Origin: Eledone cirrhosa
Lineage: Eukaryota
Direction: 5' to 3'
NCBI GenBank assembly: GCA_964016885.1
Contig: OZ024742.1
Location: 317,936,001 to 318,000,000, forward strand
DNA length: 64,000 nt
Below are positions 15,223 through 26,670 of this stretch, piece by piece. Each line of letters opens with the position of its first letter. The first letter of the stretch is position 1. The position numbers and the translations under genes were made by a program. The notes beneath the pieces were generated by a model. The model was not told the DNA's origin. It saw only the letters and a program-made list of their open reading frames with translations, and did no database searches.

Positions 15223-15272
15223 ATGTAATTGATCAAAAGAACATCTATTTTATTAATACTTATATATTAATA

Positions 15273-15463
15273 ACTCCTGAAAATTAATTACCGTTGAGTG
15301 CTTCCAATCTATTGTAAAACTCATTCTTTGACATAATCATCGAATATTGTTTAACAACTTAATACTTATATACTCCTGAAAATTAATTACCGTTGAGTGC
15401 TTCCAATCTATTGTAAAACTCATTCTTTGACATAATCATCGAATATTGTTTAACAACTTAATA

Positions 15464-15470
<7 letters not shown>
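15273..15470. repeat. Direct tandem duplication, 99 bp x2
   Basis: ACTCCTGAAAATTAATTACC... starts at 15273 and at 15372. Confidence 0.9.
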
Positions 15471-15515
<45 letters not shown>

Positions 15516-16319
15516 TAACAGATTAAAGTTGAAGCAAAGAATCGCTGCTTTCACCCTTAACAGGATCTTCTGAAACTAAAAAATCAATCTGTGAACGCAG
15601 AAGTAAATATTTCGAAAAACGTTGCAACCGAAGGAAAACAGGATGGCGATACTTTGGTTCATGAAGACGTTCCCTAGCAACGAACGGAAAAAAGCGAAGA
15701 TAATACGTCATCAATGAGAACCATGTTTGTCATAATGTCGTAATGCAGACACCATGTGTGTGTGTGTGTGTGTGTGCGTGTATATGTGTCTGCTTGTGCT
15801 TACGTTAACTGTTCGTGTATGTCCAGTAACTCAATGGTTCTACAAAAAGAAATGATAAAATTAGTATGAGTCTTGAAAAAATAGGTCATGGGGTGACTCG
15901 ATCGACTAAAATCCCTCACGACAGTGCCCAGCATGACAACAGTCTAATGACTGAAACCAGCAAAAGAATAGAGTAAAAAGGTTATTATTTTCGTATTCGC
16001 AGCAGAAACAGATAATAAATAACAATATATTCCCCTGAAATATAGAAAGTATACGATAAGTTAAGTTTTTTCCTCGATATATTAATAAAATACTATGGCA
16101 GGATGTTTTTCAAATAACTTGATACAACTGTTATCATGTAACTTAAGATGTAACGGACTCCATTTTATGTTTTTATTAAAAGTTCACGAAATTCATTTCA
16201 CGTGAATTATTACTTCCATCGTTTTACTATGCTATTATTTATTTTTATATTTTTGTCAATGTGTTCACTTAAAAAGGTTTTTATATTGTAATATCCACAC
16301 ATTAACAACATTAATAATG

Positions 16320-16610
16320 CTTTCTACTTTTGGCACAAGGCCAGCAATTACCCAGTGCATTACTGGTACTTTATTTTATCGACCCCGTAAGGATGAAAGG
16401 CAAAGTTAACCTCGGCGGGATTTGAACTCAGACCGAAAAGTGCCATAACTCTATGCTACTAAACATGGCGCCCTACCCTCTGCCACTACTGCTAATTTAG
16501 GCACAAAGGCAGCAATTTGGGCAAGAGGAAAATCAATTATATCGACCCCAGTACTCGACTGGTCTTTATTTCATCGACACCGGAGAGATGAGAGGTAAAT
16601 TTCACCGATG
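16320..16610 (-). mobile_element. Two adjacent SINE copies
   Basis: TATCGACCCCGTAAGGATGAAAGGC...GGATTTGAACTC. Confidence 0.8.
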
Positions 16611-16662
16611 GAATGAAAATAACTGCTGTAGTAGAGAAATTATTTATATAACTATATATATA

Positions 16663-16762
<100 letters not shown>

Positions 16763-16789
16763 TGTGTGTGTGTAAATGTTTATTTGGAG

Positions 16790-17190
16790 GATGGTGGATT
16801 CGTCGGGACGCTGTTGACATGGCATACTAATCGTGTCCATCTATCGCAGTTACGTGCAGTTACGTGCCAGGTCTGTGATCTCCGCCAAAGATTTACCAAT
16901 TTTCTTCTTCTACACAGTTCTTTGTAGAATGATCTTTGCAAAGCCTCTGGATCTTATTACATGGCCATACAATCTCAACTTCTTTTCGCTGTTTTGAATA
17001 GGTATTCATACTGGATGGCTTTGTGAACCTGCTAGTTTGTGATGTGATCTACTTATGAGATGCCTAAGATGTTGCGATAGCATCTCATTCCCAGTGCTTG
17101 TAATTTTCTCTGTAGTGAGAGTGTGTCTCCCATATACACAGGAGGGTGGGGAGCACCTGTGCATACAGGTGTCTGATCTTCTTCATGATG
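16790..17190 (-). mobile_element. Degenerate RTE-type LINE 3' fragment
   Basis: Minus-strand translation QALGMRCYRNIL resembles the RTE C-terminal FEMxCYRRxL motif. Confidence 0.5.
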
Positions 17191-17596
17191 ACATTCCTAA
17201 ATATTTGATATTAGATATGTGCATATAATTGCAAGCATATGGGATAAAAGGCAGTGTCAATTGTTATTAGTGTATACTGAAACTACATGGTCATACTTGC
17301 ATGAAATTTTATATATAGGAAAATTCTGATCTTCTTTAAATATATATTGCTTCCATAGCTTTGTTGTCGTATTTCAGGGAATTGTAGATTAGAACGGTGG
17401 GCACTGACATGAGTAAGGGTTGAAGCAGTTCATTTCGAAATCATGACCGATTAAAATAAGAAAAATCAAACCCAAAACAAACGAAGTATTACAGCAAAAA
17501 ATAAATACCAGTAACAACAACAACACGAATAAAAGCACAAAAAAAATAGCTTCAAATCAATCACAAGAGAAAATGAGACAGGCAACAACAATAATG

Positions 17597-17812
17597 GTTT
17601 CTTATATAAGCACAAGGCTATCAATTGTGGGGGAGGGGAAAGTCGATTATTTCGACCCCAGTGCGTGACTGGTACTTTATTTTATCGACCTCGTAAGGAT
17701 GAAAGGCAAAGTTATCTTCGGCGGGATTTGAACTCAGACCGTAAAGGGCTGTAACTCTATGCTGCAAAGCATGGAGTCCGAATCTCTACCGATACTGCCA
17801 ATCCACCGCCCT
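17597..17812 (-). mobile_element. Full-length tRNA-derived SINE
   Basis: Reverse complement of the family consensus, including A and B boxes. Confidence 0.85.
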
Positions 17813-18461
17813 AAGACAACTGCAATAATGACAACAAATTGTAACATCAACACCATTCTTATTCACGAAAAAAAAGCAAACAAAAAAATAAATAAATAAA
17901 TAAAAAACGAAATAATAACAAAAAAAAAAACGTAATGAAGAAATTCAAAAATTTAAATGGCGCTGATTCAAAAGATAGATTTTTATTACTTCGTTGTCCA
18001 TTGGAAGGAAACATTGGTGTACACGTTTCCGCCCTTTTCACCATTACAAAACAATGTTTTTATGTTCAGTTTGATTACACTATTAATTCACAAGTGTAAT
18101 TGAATTATGAATTATATTATTTGAAATACGTATCAATTCTATTCCCTGATGAATATTCAATGGATAGAAAAACTGAGTGACTTACTAGGTGAAGAAACTA
18201 CTAAACGGCTAAGTATTCTACAGACATGTACCCTTTACATTATTCTCAGGCAATGTAGCATAATATGTGATGCAGTTGGACCTTAGAATTACAGGTACAG
18301 TTCGTGCGAAAAGCTCTTACACTGTTACTGTCTATACAATTTCACTCATAGGCTTGTAGTGGTGACGAAACCCAAAACAAACGAATTATTACAGCAAAAA
18401 ATAAATACCAGTAACAACAACAACATATATATATTTTTACATTATATATATATATATATAC

Positions 18462-18534
<73 letters not shown>

Positions 18535-18551
18535 TATATATATATATTATA

Positions 18552-18616
<65 letters not shown>

Positions 18617-18666
18617 GTGTGTGTGTGTGTATGTGTGTATATATATATATATATATACATACATAT

Positions 18667-18852
18667 AGAGAATTAGTATATCTACCAACATATGAGTACA
18701 GATGTACACCCATGCTAGCAAATATATATGTTATGTCTTAGTACCTTTGTGGTTCTATGCAGGGGGATGCAGAACAATTATATGAAAGACGTAAAATAAG
18801 AAAAATTTTAAAATTTTAAAATTTTAAAATTTTTCTTATTTTACGTCTTTCA
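18667..18852. mobile_element. TA-flanked repeat with short terminal palindrome (family of 27211-27748 and 55165-55955)
   Basis: GAAAGACGTAAAATAAGAAAAATTTT...TTTTTCTTATTTTACGTCTTTC. Confidence 0.7.
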
Positions 18853-18873
18853 TATATATACATACATATATAT

Positions 18874-18931
<58 letters not shown>

Positions 18932-18934
18932 GCG

Positions 18935-18977
<43 letters not shown>

Positions 18978-18981
18978 CGTT

Positions 18982-19035
<54 letters not shown>

Positions 19036-19338
19036 GTAGAACACTGGAAGGTAATATCTGTAGTGGTAGAGCACTCAGTCCATGGGACGAGTTAGGTAGA
19101 AGTGGTTACACAACAGTTAGTTCACCATACCGAGAACAATTGTTTCACGTTAGCGGATCCTCAGCACGTAATGGACATGGTTATACGGAACAAGAAGGAC
19201 AACCGTACGAATGCGCATGCGCAGAAACGATCGCTTCACACAGGCAATACTAAAATGCGTGTGAGAGGTGTAATGGAGATAACTCCGAAAGTACGAAAAG
19301 TTTCTAGTTGATAAGAAAATTAGGATGTTGTTGTAATT

Positions 19339-20325
19339 CAATCCGGAGCTTTGTAGTTATGTAAGAGGTGTTTCCAGACGTGTGGACAACGTGTGAAGAA
19401 TTCATTTCTCGTGTTTAGGCAATCACTATTGCGTAATCTCTTTCGAATATTTATTCGTTCATCAATACATAGTCCACACGACAGATTTCCCCTTGCGTAT
19501 GGCTTGGACTTAGTGATGGCTTTCCATTGAATGGAGTAGTCTATACTTGAGTCCTTGAGGGACCATACGTGGCTCGCGAGTTTCGTGGATGAACGTCTGT
19601 CCGGGTACCTAAAGGTCTACTGGTGGTTCAGGAAGCGTTCCTTAAATCGGCCCTCCGCCATACCCACATAAGATTTGACCTCTTGTGGTTGATTTGATCG
19701 GTTAGAAGTGACCAAAGTTTCATAAACTACAGCGGGTGTGTTGCATTGCTATTGAAGGCGACAAGTTTCGGGCTTACGGCAAGAGCACCTTGGTGGGGTG
19801 TTTCTCTTAGGGCTGTTGGTGATGTGGGCCTTCATGTTCTTAGCGCAGGAGTATCCTAGTTTTACTTTGTGTCGGTTAAAGATGAAGCGGTATTTATGAC
19901 CTATGGGAAAGTGTCTATCTAAGAGGGCTAGAAATGTTTTGCCTACATTGGCTTTAACATTGAGTGAGAAGGGAGGATAGAACCAGATAGTTTGTCTATT
20001 GTTACGCTTGCTTTTCTTATTGCTGTGGTTGATAGTGGGAGAGTAAGTGATAGGTTGCGAGAAACCGCTGTCAGCTAACGCCGTGTTATAGTAGGGTGCC
20101 GCCCTGTCAAAGATAGCCTTATTAGAGGAGAGGTTTGAGATTCTAGTACTGATATTATTTACGAAGTTTCTAAAAACAGTGGGAGGGTGGCATGAAACCT
20201 TGTGAATGTAATTGAGTTTTTCGCTTAGCTTATGGAAGGGTCTGTAGGTGTGTGTGCGAAGGTCTAAATTGATGTCTAAGAAATCTACGCTAGAGAGGTT
20301 GGTAGCTACTGTTATCCTAAGTCCT
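19339..20325 (-). pseudogene. 5'-truncated Penelope-like element: RT C-terminus, Cys linker and GIY-YIG endonuclease, with two internal stops
   Basis: Manual translation: VDFLDINLDL..HPPTVF..WFYPPFS..CSCRKPETC..AVVY..YVGMAEGRFKERFLNH..CGLCIDE..LNTRNE. Confidence 0.85.
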
Positions 20326-20590
20326 GAGGTAATGAGCGTTGTTTAGTATACTGCAATATAGTGTAGAGAAATGCTCGGATGATTTAAAATGTTTCATACT
20401 TCAATGGATATTAAATTATGTTTCCATATATCAGTTCAGTGCTTCACTCTGTAGCACCACTTGGGAGTAGAAATATTGCCAAGCTGCGATTGATGCTGTT
20501 ATAGTGGTGATTTTGGTGATTATTCTTGAAAATGATTTTGAGTCATGTATATATATATACATATATATACATATATTTATATATATATAC

Positions 20591-20621
<31 letters not shown>

Positions 20622-20878
20622 CATATATATATATCAAGTAAAAAGAAATTCAAACACTCATATATGAAAAAAACAACCTGTGACAACCCCCCCCCCCCCT
20701 CTTATTTGAAGAACTATTGTAACACGAACTGGCGCGAAATTTATTATAATTATTGACAAACCAATCAAATTACTTCTCGAAAAACCTGGCATTTCGAGCC
20801 ACTTTTTCCATATAAAACAAGTAACATTCAGAGACCAACCAGATGTGAGAAAAACCACAGACCCTCCATCTCAACTCA

Positions 20879-20916
20879 CCTTTTGAAAAGCAGAAGAACT
20901 GCGAAACCGGTAAAGG
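20879..20916 (+). ncRNA. Minimal type I hammerhead, U3-A8 variant
   Basis: CCTT-TTGAAAA-GCAG-AAGAA-CTGC-GAAA-CCGG-TA-AAGG; second copy on the minus strand at 46246-46282. Confidence 0.75.
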
Positions 20917-21313
20917 AACCAAATAAATATATATATTTAAAAAAAAAAAAAAAAAAAAAAGTAAGACTCCAGTTGCATTTTCGATTTCATCTCTTTTTCT
21001 TTATACTTTCACTCGTGTAGGACACCTCGGTTATTTTTCATTTTGCAAAAAAAAAAAAAAAAAAAAAAAAACCTTACTTTCTAATATATATATATAGATT
21101 TCTTTATTTACCATAAAGGCATAAAAAGAAGGGACAAATACAAAGGGGGAGTTTACATATAATCGAGTAAAAAGGGTGTAACATGAAAATAATCGAAAAT
21201 AACCTCAAAAGGGAGGGGACGTGATGGGGGTTGCACACACCCCCGAAAAAGTGTGCAATCCTTTGCCCGGGGAGCACATGGAGAAGGTGCTCCCCTCTCC
21301 TTTACTTCTTTAC

Positions 21314-24300
21314 CTACAGGATGGTATACAGAGAAGGCCCATTTACACGAGCCATTCTCGCCACTATCACCCACCTTTCATAAAACTGCCTGTGGCCAAG
21401 CACCTCTCTCTCCATTCTTATCCTTCTTCCGAAGTGATATCGGAAGAAGTAGACCAGACTATGGCCAGAGAGGAAGTTGCCTGACCTCAGACCTTTCAAT
21501 CGTGTCCACCAAACAACCTCTTTCAACATGGCTATTACGCACAGAAAAACCGCCTTTGCTTCCTTTGTGAAGAGGGGAGGCGGTTTGATTGTCATCACGG
21601 ACTCGGCGGTCAATTTAATCGGCGCCACCCGCGACAGCAGTTGTTCGGCGTAGCCCCACAGATCAGCCACGCCCGGACATTGCACCAATGCGTGCGCTAC
21701 GGTTTCTTCGTGACGCACGCATCTAGGGCAAATCTTTTTTGAGGGATCCCTGCCCGGGCGCCCGTGTCTGTAGAGCCTCTCTCGAACGGGTAGAGCCCCC
21801 CGGTAGCACTGCCAGGCCAGTGACTTCTGGAAGTTGTCCATTGGTCCTGGGCCGAAAGTCCTACCGAACAGGCTGGCCAGTTCGTCTTCTTCCATGTCCA
21901 GCGTCTCTCCAAGGGTGTCATCGCCCCTGCTAGCCACCAGCCCTCTATAGAATGATGAGGTGGATTCTCCACCGATGGCCTGGCCCGCTTGCCAGAGAGC
22001 CCTGAGCGCCTGAGCACACTCAGTGTGCCAGTCTCCCAGTTTTCCGGATCTTTGCTTGACCCAGGACTGTAGCTCGGTGAGTGAGACGAGTCTCGGAAAG
22101 GCTCGTTTCACGAACGAAGCCCACACCGGTTGACCAGTGAGGAATACCTGTAGGTGCCGTAGCCTTAATGCGTGCCTACGCATCATCAACCACGGCATCC
22201 CCAGCCCTCCTTTCGAAGGTTGTTGGCAGCAGATGGATCTTCTCACCATAGGAGGACGCTTCTTCCAAAGAAATTGGAAGAGCATGCGTTCCATGGTGGT
22301 GAGTGTTTCCTTAGGGCAAGGCACGACAGTCAGGCGGTAGTAAGTGACGGACGCTATGTAAATATTCGCCACCTCCGCCCGGCCTTTTAGGGACAGCTTA
22401 CACTTGGCCCATTTCTGGGTTAGTGCAAACACCTTGTTCGTAACCTCGTTCCAGTTCTTTTCCACCTGGAGGTCCGGTCCAAACCAGACCCCAAGCAACT
22501 TTACCGGGCCCTCCGTCCAGTGTCCGACGACACCGTCAGGAGGCATCGGCTTGCCTCTCCACGTTCCGAGTTGCAGCCCGATGGATTTTTCCCGGTTCAG
22601 TTTCGCTCCTGACAACCTTTCGTACTCCTCCAGTAAGGTACCGATCGCCTCGATCTCCGAGTCGGTTGATACCATTACTGTTACGTCATCGGCGTAGGCC
22701 GACACCGCTTTGCTCAATCCTGGTTCCAGGGGGATACCCTGCAACAACTCCAACTTCCTCAGTAAAGGCTCGAGAGTCAATACGTACAGAAGGGAGGAGA
22801 GAGGGCACCCCTGTCGAATGGATCGTGTGATTTCGAACGGCTTCGAAAGGTAGCCGTTCACCTTGATCCTAGAACAGATGTGGTTGCTATGTAGGGCAGT
22901 GATCCAGCCTCTGAAAACAGGACCGAACCCAACCGCCGCTAGCACCGCATCCAGGTAACCATGGTCGACCCTATCGAAGGCCTTAGACTGATCCAAGTTG
23001 ATCAGGGCCCCACCGAAGCCGGGTTTGTTGCCAACCCTCTCTATGATGTATCGCATGAGGTGGAGGTTATCGTGAATGGACCTGGATGGGATAGCACATG
23101 TCTGCGCATCTCCCACCAGGCCACCCACGACAAGCGCCAACCTCTTTGCTAACACCTTGGCCAAAATCTTTAACTCTGTGTTTAGCAGGGTTATGGGCCG
23201 AAAATTATTTATACTATCCCCCTTGTTCTCGTCCTTCCTCACCAGCGTGACTACGCCCTTGGCTACAGAACAAGGAATTCTCCCGTTCTGCTGCCAATTG
23301 CAGTAGACCGCTTCGAGGAGTTCGGAGAAGAAGACCGTCATTACTAAATAAAGTTCGTAAGGTATACCATCGAGACCTGGAGATTTGCGTCTGCTGCATT
23401 GGCTCAGCGCATCTCCGATCTCATCAGCCGAGATTGGTCCCTCGCAGGACTCTGCCTCTTTGTTCGAGAGACGCGGCAGGCCGTCGAGGTATGGACCGAA
23501 ATCCACGCCCCCGCCCGGACCCTCGCCTCCCCCGAACAATCGGGCAAAGTGCTTTTGAAAGGCCTCGCACATCTGCTTAGGCTCCCGGATCACTCGTCCA
23601 TCTTCGTCTTGCAACGACCGGATGGTGGATCGATTTCCACTCTTAGCTTCTGTCACGCGGGCCCATCCAACGACTTTGGCCCCCTCATTAACTAGAGCAC
23701 GTATTTTACTTCGAATGACGCAGCCTTCATGCTTTGCATCGAAAAACTGGTTCAAGGCCGTCCTCGATGCCAGCACTCTGGCCACATCTTCGCTCTTGAT
23801 TGCCTCTTCTAATTTACCTGTTAATTCTTTCTCGTTTCTATTCCTATTGGCAGCTAACATCTTGCTATAACTTATTGATTCTGTTCTAATCTCTCTTTTG
23901 AGAGATGCCCACCATCGGTTGTTGACGATTGCACCCGTCAACCTCTCCTTAACTAATCTGCTAATCCGGTTTCTGTAAGTCTCTTTTGCCGGTAAAGACA
24001 AATTAAGTTTCCAGTAACCGGGACCCTGTCTATGTGTTTTCTCGAGATTGACCACGCAGGTCACTAATTTGTGATCCGTGTAGCCAACCGTGCGCATTTC
24101 TGGACAGCTTAATATGTCCCTATCCTTACTTCTAACTAAGAATCTATCTAAGTACGATCTAGATTGACCACTGTGGTTTCTCCAAGTCCAGGTAGGCACA
24201 GTTGGAAAATCTAGTCGATATCTATCGACCAAGTTAAAACGGTCGAGTAACCCCTTGAGGCTGTTACACCCCCCTCTATTAGGACATGCTCCTGCATAGT

Positions 24301-24751
24301 CCCAACATGCATCCAGGATGTCATTCCAATCCCCCGCTAGAAGCAGGGAACGCGACGTTCCCAGAAAAGTCTCCAAACGCTGGAAGAAGTCGGGCCGTTC
24401 AGCTCCGAAAGGGGAGTAGACGGCGACCAGTCTCAAGGCCGCACTTTCACTACTGCCAACGTCTAGCACCAACAAACGACCCTCCGGGTCCGAGTGCACA
24501 ACCTGTACGGCAAGACCCAGGTGTTTTTGCAGCAGCACGACAACCCCACCCCCACCTCCAGGTTGACAGAGAGATGCATGCACCTCAAAGTCATCGAAGG
24601 TGGGGGCCAGCTGCCGCATGACGCTGATTCGAGTCTCACAGATAACCATTACATTTATACTACATGACCTGAGGTCATTTAGAAGCTTTGCTTGCTTCCA
24701 AGTTGAGCCCAGGCCACGTGCATTCAAACATCCTACTCTTAACACATCCAT
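21314..24751 (-). CDS. Tx1-type ORF2: AP endonuclease, reverse transcriptase and C-terminal zinc-binding domain (1145 aa, uninterrupted)
   Basis: LNARGL, ICET, SYLDRF, TDH; KSPGLDG, RPITLLN, KAFD, RQGCPLS, YADD; CPRC..ETVAHALVQC. Confidence 0.95.
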   Translation of the reverse strand: MDVLRVGCLNARGLGSTWKQAKLLNDLRSCSINVMVICETRISVMRQLAPTFDDFEVHASLCQPGGGGGVVVLLQKHLGLAVQVVHSDPEGRLLVLDVGSSESAALRLVAVYSPFGAERPDFFQRLETFLGTSRSLLLAGDWNDILDACWDYAGACPNRGGCNSLKGLLDRFNLVDRYRLDFPTVPTWTWRNHSGQSRSYLDRFLVRSKDRDILSCPEMRTVGYTDHKLVTCVVNLEKTHRQGPGYWKLNLSLPAKETYRNRISRLVKERLTGAIVNNRWWASLKREIRTESISYSKMLAANRNRNEKELTGKLEEAIKSEDVARVLASRTALNQFFDAKHEGCVIRSKIRALVNEGAKVVGWARVTEAKSGNRSTIRSLQDEDGRVIREPKQMCEAFQKHFARLFGGGEGPGGGVDFGPYLDGLPRLSNKEAESCEGPISADEIGDALSQCSRRKSPGLDGIPYELYLVMTVFFSELLEAVYCNWQQNGRIPCSVAKGVVTLVRKDENKGDSINNFRPITLLNTELKILAKVLAKRLALVVGGLVGDAQTCAIPSRSIHDNLHLMRYIIERVGNKPGFGGALINLDQSKAFDRVDHGYLDAVLAAVGFGPVFRGWITALHSNHICSRIKVNGYLSKPFEITRSIRQGCPLSSLLYVLTLEPLLRKLELLQGIPLEPGLSKAVSAYADDVTVMVSTDSEIEAIGTLLEEYERLSGAKLNREKSIGLQLGTWRGKPMPPDGVVGHWTEGPVKLLGVWFGPDLQVEKNWNEVTNKVFALTQKWAKCKLSLKGRAEVANIYIASVTYYRLTVVPCPKETLTTMERMLFQFLWKKRPPMVRRSICCQQPSKGGLGMPWLMMRRHALRLRHLQVFLTGQPVWASFVKRAFPRLVSLTELQSWVKQRSGKLGDWHTECAQALRALWQAGQAIGGESTSSFYRGLVASRGDDTLGETLDMEEDELASLFGRTFGPGPMDNFQKSLAWQCYRGALPVRERLYRHGRPGRDPSKKICPRCVRHEETVAHALVQCPGVADLWGYAEQLLSRVAPIKLTAESVMTIKPPPLFTKEAKAVFLCVIAMLKEVVWWTRLKGLRSGNFLSGHSLVYFFRYHFGRRIRMEREVLGHRQFYERWVIVARMARVNGPSLYTIL

Positions 24752-24784
24752 GTGGGCGGCAGAGCCAAAGGAGAGTGTAGAGAC

Positions 24785-26248
24785 CTACCTTTCCGCTTCC
24801 CGGGGTTCGGGTTGCACGACTTCCATGGGGTCGGGGGTGTTGGGTGAAGGGGTGTCTTGTGGTGGTGTGGGGTCGTCAGTGTGTGGTGGGGTTGGGGTGT
24901 TTGGAGTTGTGTTGGGGAGGGGAAGGGGAGGGGGAAAGCTTTTTAGTAGGACGCGGTTTATGGGTTTGACAGAGGGTGGTCCTACGTCCTCCTTAAAATC
25001 CTTTTTTAGTTTTTGGTAGAGGTTCATTGGGATTTTTATTAGTTTTAAATGTGGGTGGTTTTCTGACGAAACAAAGTTTACACCTTCGGTTTGTACCGAA
25101 GGATTATTGTATATGAGTTCATTTAATTTATTATTGTTTCTGTTGATGTAAGTATAGTGTAATGTCTTTTTTTCCGATGGTGTGAGTGTTTCGAAGAGGG
25201 GAGGGGCAGGTTTGGTTTTGTTTGTTGCTGGAGGGGTGTTTTCTGTTTTGTTGGATTGTGTTGCGATTTGGGTGGGGGTTGTTTGTCCTTGTGTGTTTTG
25301 CACATGTTTTCTTTTTTTCCTTTTAATCTGTCTGAAGGACTCCGTTTCTTCCTCCGAATTCGTTGAGTTATCTTCAGTGTTGGAGGGAAGAGGTATGTTT
25401 GCTGGTAATGTTTCCGTGTTGGTTTTCTTTGTGGGGGAGATGGATGTCACTATGTTAGACTGTGTTGTGTGTTGTGTCTGCGGTGGTTGTGTTGTTTTAT
25501 TGAGTGAGAGGTTGGGTGGGCCTGTATTTTGTTTTGGGGTAATGTGTTGTGACTGTTTGTGTTGTGGTGGTGTTGTGGTGTTACTGAGGGACGGGTTGGG
25601 TGGGACTGAGTTTTGTTGTTTGTTTATCTGTTGTGGTGGTGGTGGTGGAGCTGGTGTTGGTAGCAGGGTTTTCTTTTTGTTGAGTTGGGGACAAGCGGCC
25701 TTCATGTGCCCTCTGCCTGCACAGATATGGCAGGACGGCCTTCTCCCCTCCACGCTAATGTTTATATACCCGTGGTCCTCTAATAGGATTCTGTCGGGTA
25801 TTTGGGCGATGCGTTCAGGCTTCATTTGTACTACCAGCTCTATACCTGTTCCACTGAACGCATTGCCTGTGGTTTTCCCAATGGAAATCACGTTGTCATT
25901 CACTGGATCGATGAAGCCAGCTATGAGCCAGCAGTAGTCCACATCTGGCATCATTGCATCCAGCCATATGCGTTGAGTTTTTTTTCCCATATAAGATGGA
26001 TAAAAGGTGAAATTTTTCGAACGAATCGGTGACAAAGCACATTTTTTTGCCGCCGATTCGTTCTTCATGATAATTGCTAGGCTTCCATACAGTCTGTCTT
26101 TTCTTATGAAAGTTGTTTCATTCAGTACTTCTGTGAGTACTGTTTTGATATCTGCTTGAGAAGGCTGTTCAGGTTTTTTTGTACTGTTGTTGATGGTCCG
26201 AAACTTGACCGTTCGGCTTTCAATGTCTTTCGTGAATTCTTGAGGCAT
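24785..26248 (-). CDS. Tx1-type ORF1 (gag-like, CCHC zinc knuckle, Pro/Thr-rich tail)
   Basis: CHICAGRGHMKAAC; lies directly upstream of ORF2. Confidence 0.85.
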   Translation of the reverse strand: MPQEFTKDIESRTVKFRTINNSTKKPEQPSQADIKTVLTEVLNETTFIRKDRLYGSLAIIMKNESAAKKCALSPIRSKNFTFYPSYMGKKTQRIWLDAMMPDVDYCWLIAGFIDPVNDNVISIGKTTGNAFSGTGIELVVQMKPERIAQIPDRILLEDHGYINISVEGRRPSCHICAGRGHMKAACPQLNKKKTLLPTPAPPPPPQQINKQQNSVPPNPSLSNTTTPPQHKQSQHITPKQNTGPPNLSLNKTTQPPQTQHTTQSNIVTSISPTKKTNTETLPANIPLPSNTEDNSTNSEEETESFRQIKRKKRKHVQNTQGQTTPTQIATQSNKTENTPPATNKTKPAPPLFETLTPSEKKTLHYTYINRNNNKLNELIYNNPSVQTEGVNFVSSENHPHLKLIKIPMNLYQKLKKDFKEDVGPPSVKPINRVLLKSFPPPLPLPNTTPNTPTPPHTDDPTPPQDTPSPNTPDPMEVVQPEPREAER

Positions 26249-26670
26249 TTTTCCAATAAAATACCATTCTCACCTTCACTTATGTATTGTTTTGCGTCCG
26301 TGATCCTTCGTACCACATCTGAAATGTTTTCCGCTATATAAGTCAAAGATTTCTTTGTTTTCTGTGCAAATGAAATCTTGTCGTCTGCTTTGTTTTCTGA
26401 TATGGTGTTATTTTCAACTGTTATTTTTGTGTTTGTTGTGTCTTTGTTTGTGTTATTAGTATTGTCATGCAATTTTTCAAATTTTTTTTTTTCGTTGTTG
26501 GAATCCAAGTCCAGATTTATGTTTTCGTCATTTAATTTTTTCTCCGCAGATTCGTCCGTTTTTATTTTCATTTTTCCTTCCTTCTCTATGACGTTAGTTG
26601 GGAAGGAAGGGAGGACTAAAGCGTGCGAGCTTACAACTCTTACCGCTGTCCCCCCCCCCCCCCCCACCAC
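26122..26670 (-). CDS. Probable N-terminal part of ORF1, frameshifted or overlapping
   Basis: Lys/Asn-rich ORF containing SFAQK; overlaps the start of ORF1. Confidence 0.5.
   Translation of the reverse strand: MVGGGGGTAVRVVSSHALVLPSFPTNVIEKEGKMKIKTDESAEKKLNDENINLDLDSNNEKKKFEKLHDNTNNTNKDTTNTKITVENNTISENKADDKISFAQKTKKSLTYIAENISDVVRRITDAKQYISEGENGILLEKCLKNSRKTLKAERSSFGPSTTVQKNLNSLLKQISKQYSQKY

Larger units (their letters stand above)
11922..15262. mobile_element. Large inverted repeat (~1.4 kb arms, ~390 bp spacer) with hammerheads at both outer ends; Penelope-like
   Basis: ~11922-13350 is the reverse complement of ~13737-15262 (the latter interrupted by a SINE); flanked by (TA)n on the left. 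Confidence 0.85.

Noticed and set aside
18140-18185. CTGATGA...GAAA hammerhead candidate
   Set aside because: No convincing stem III/NUH or stem I partner.
21697-26032. Antisense and alternate-frame ORFs within the LINE
   Set aside because: These are shadows of ORF1 and ORF2.
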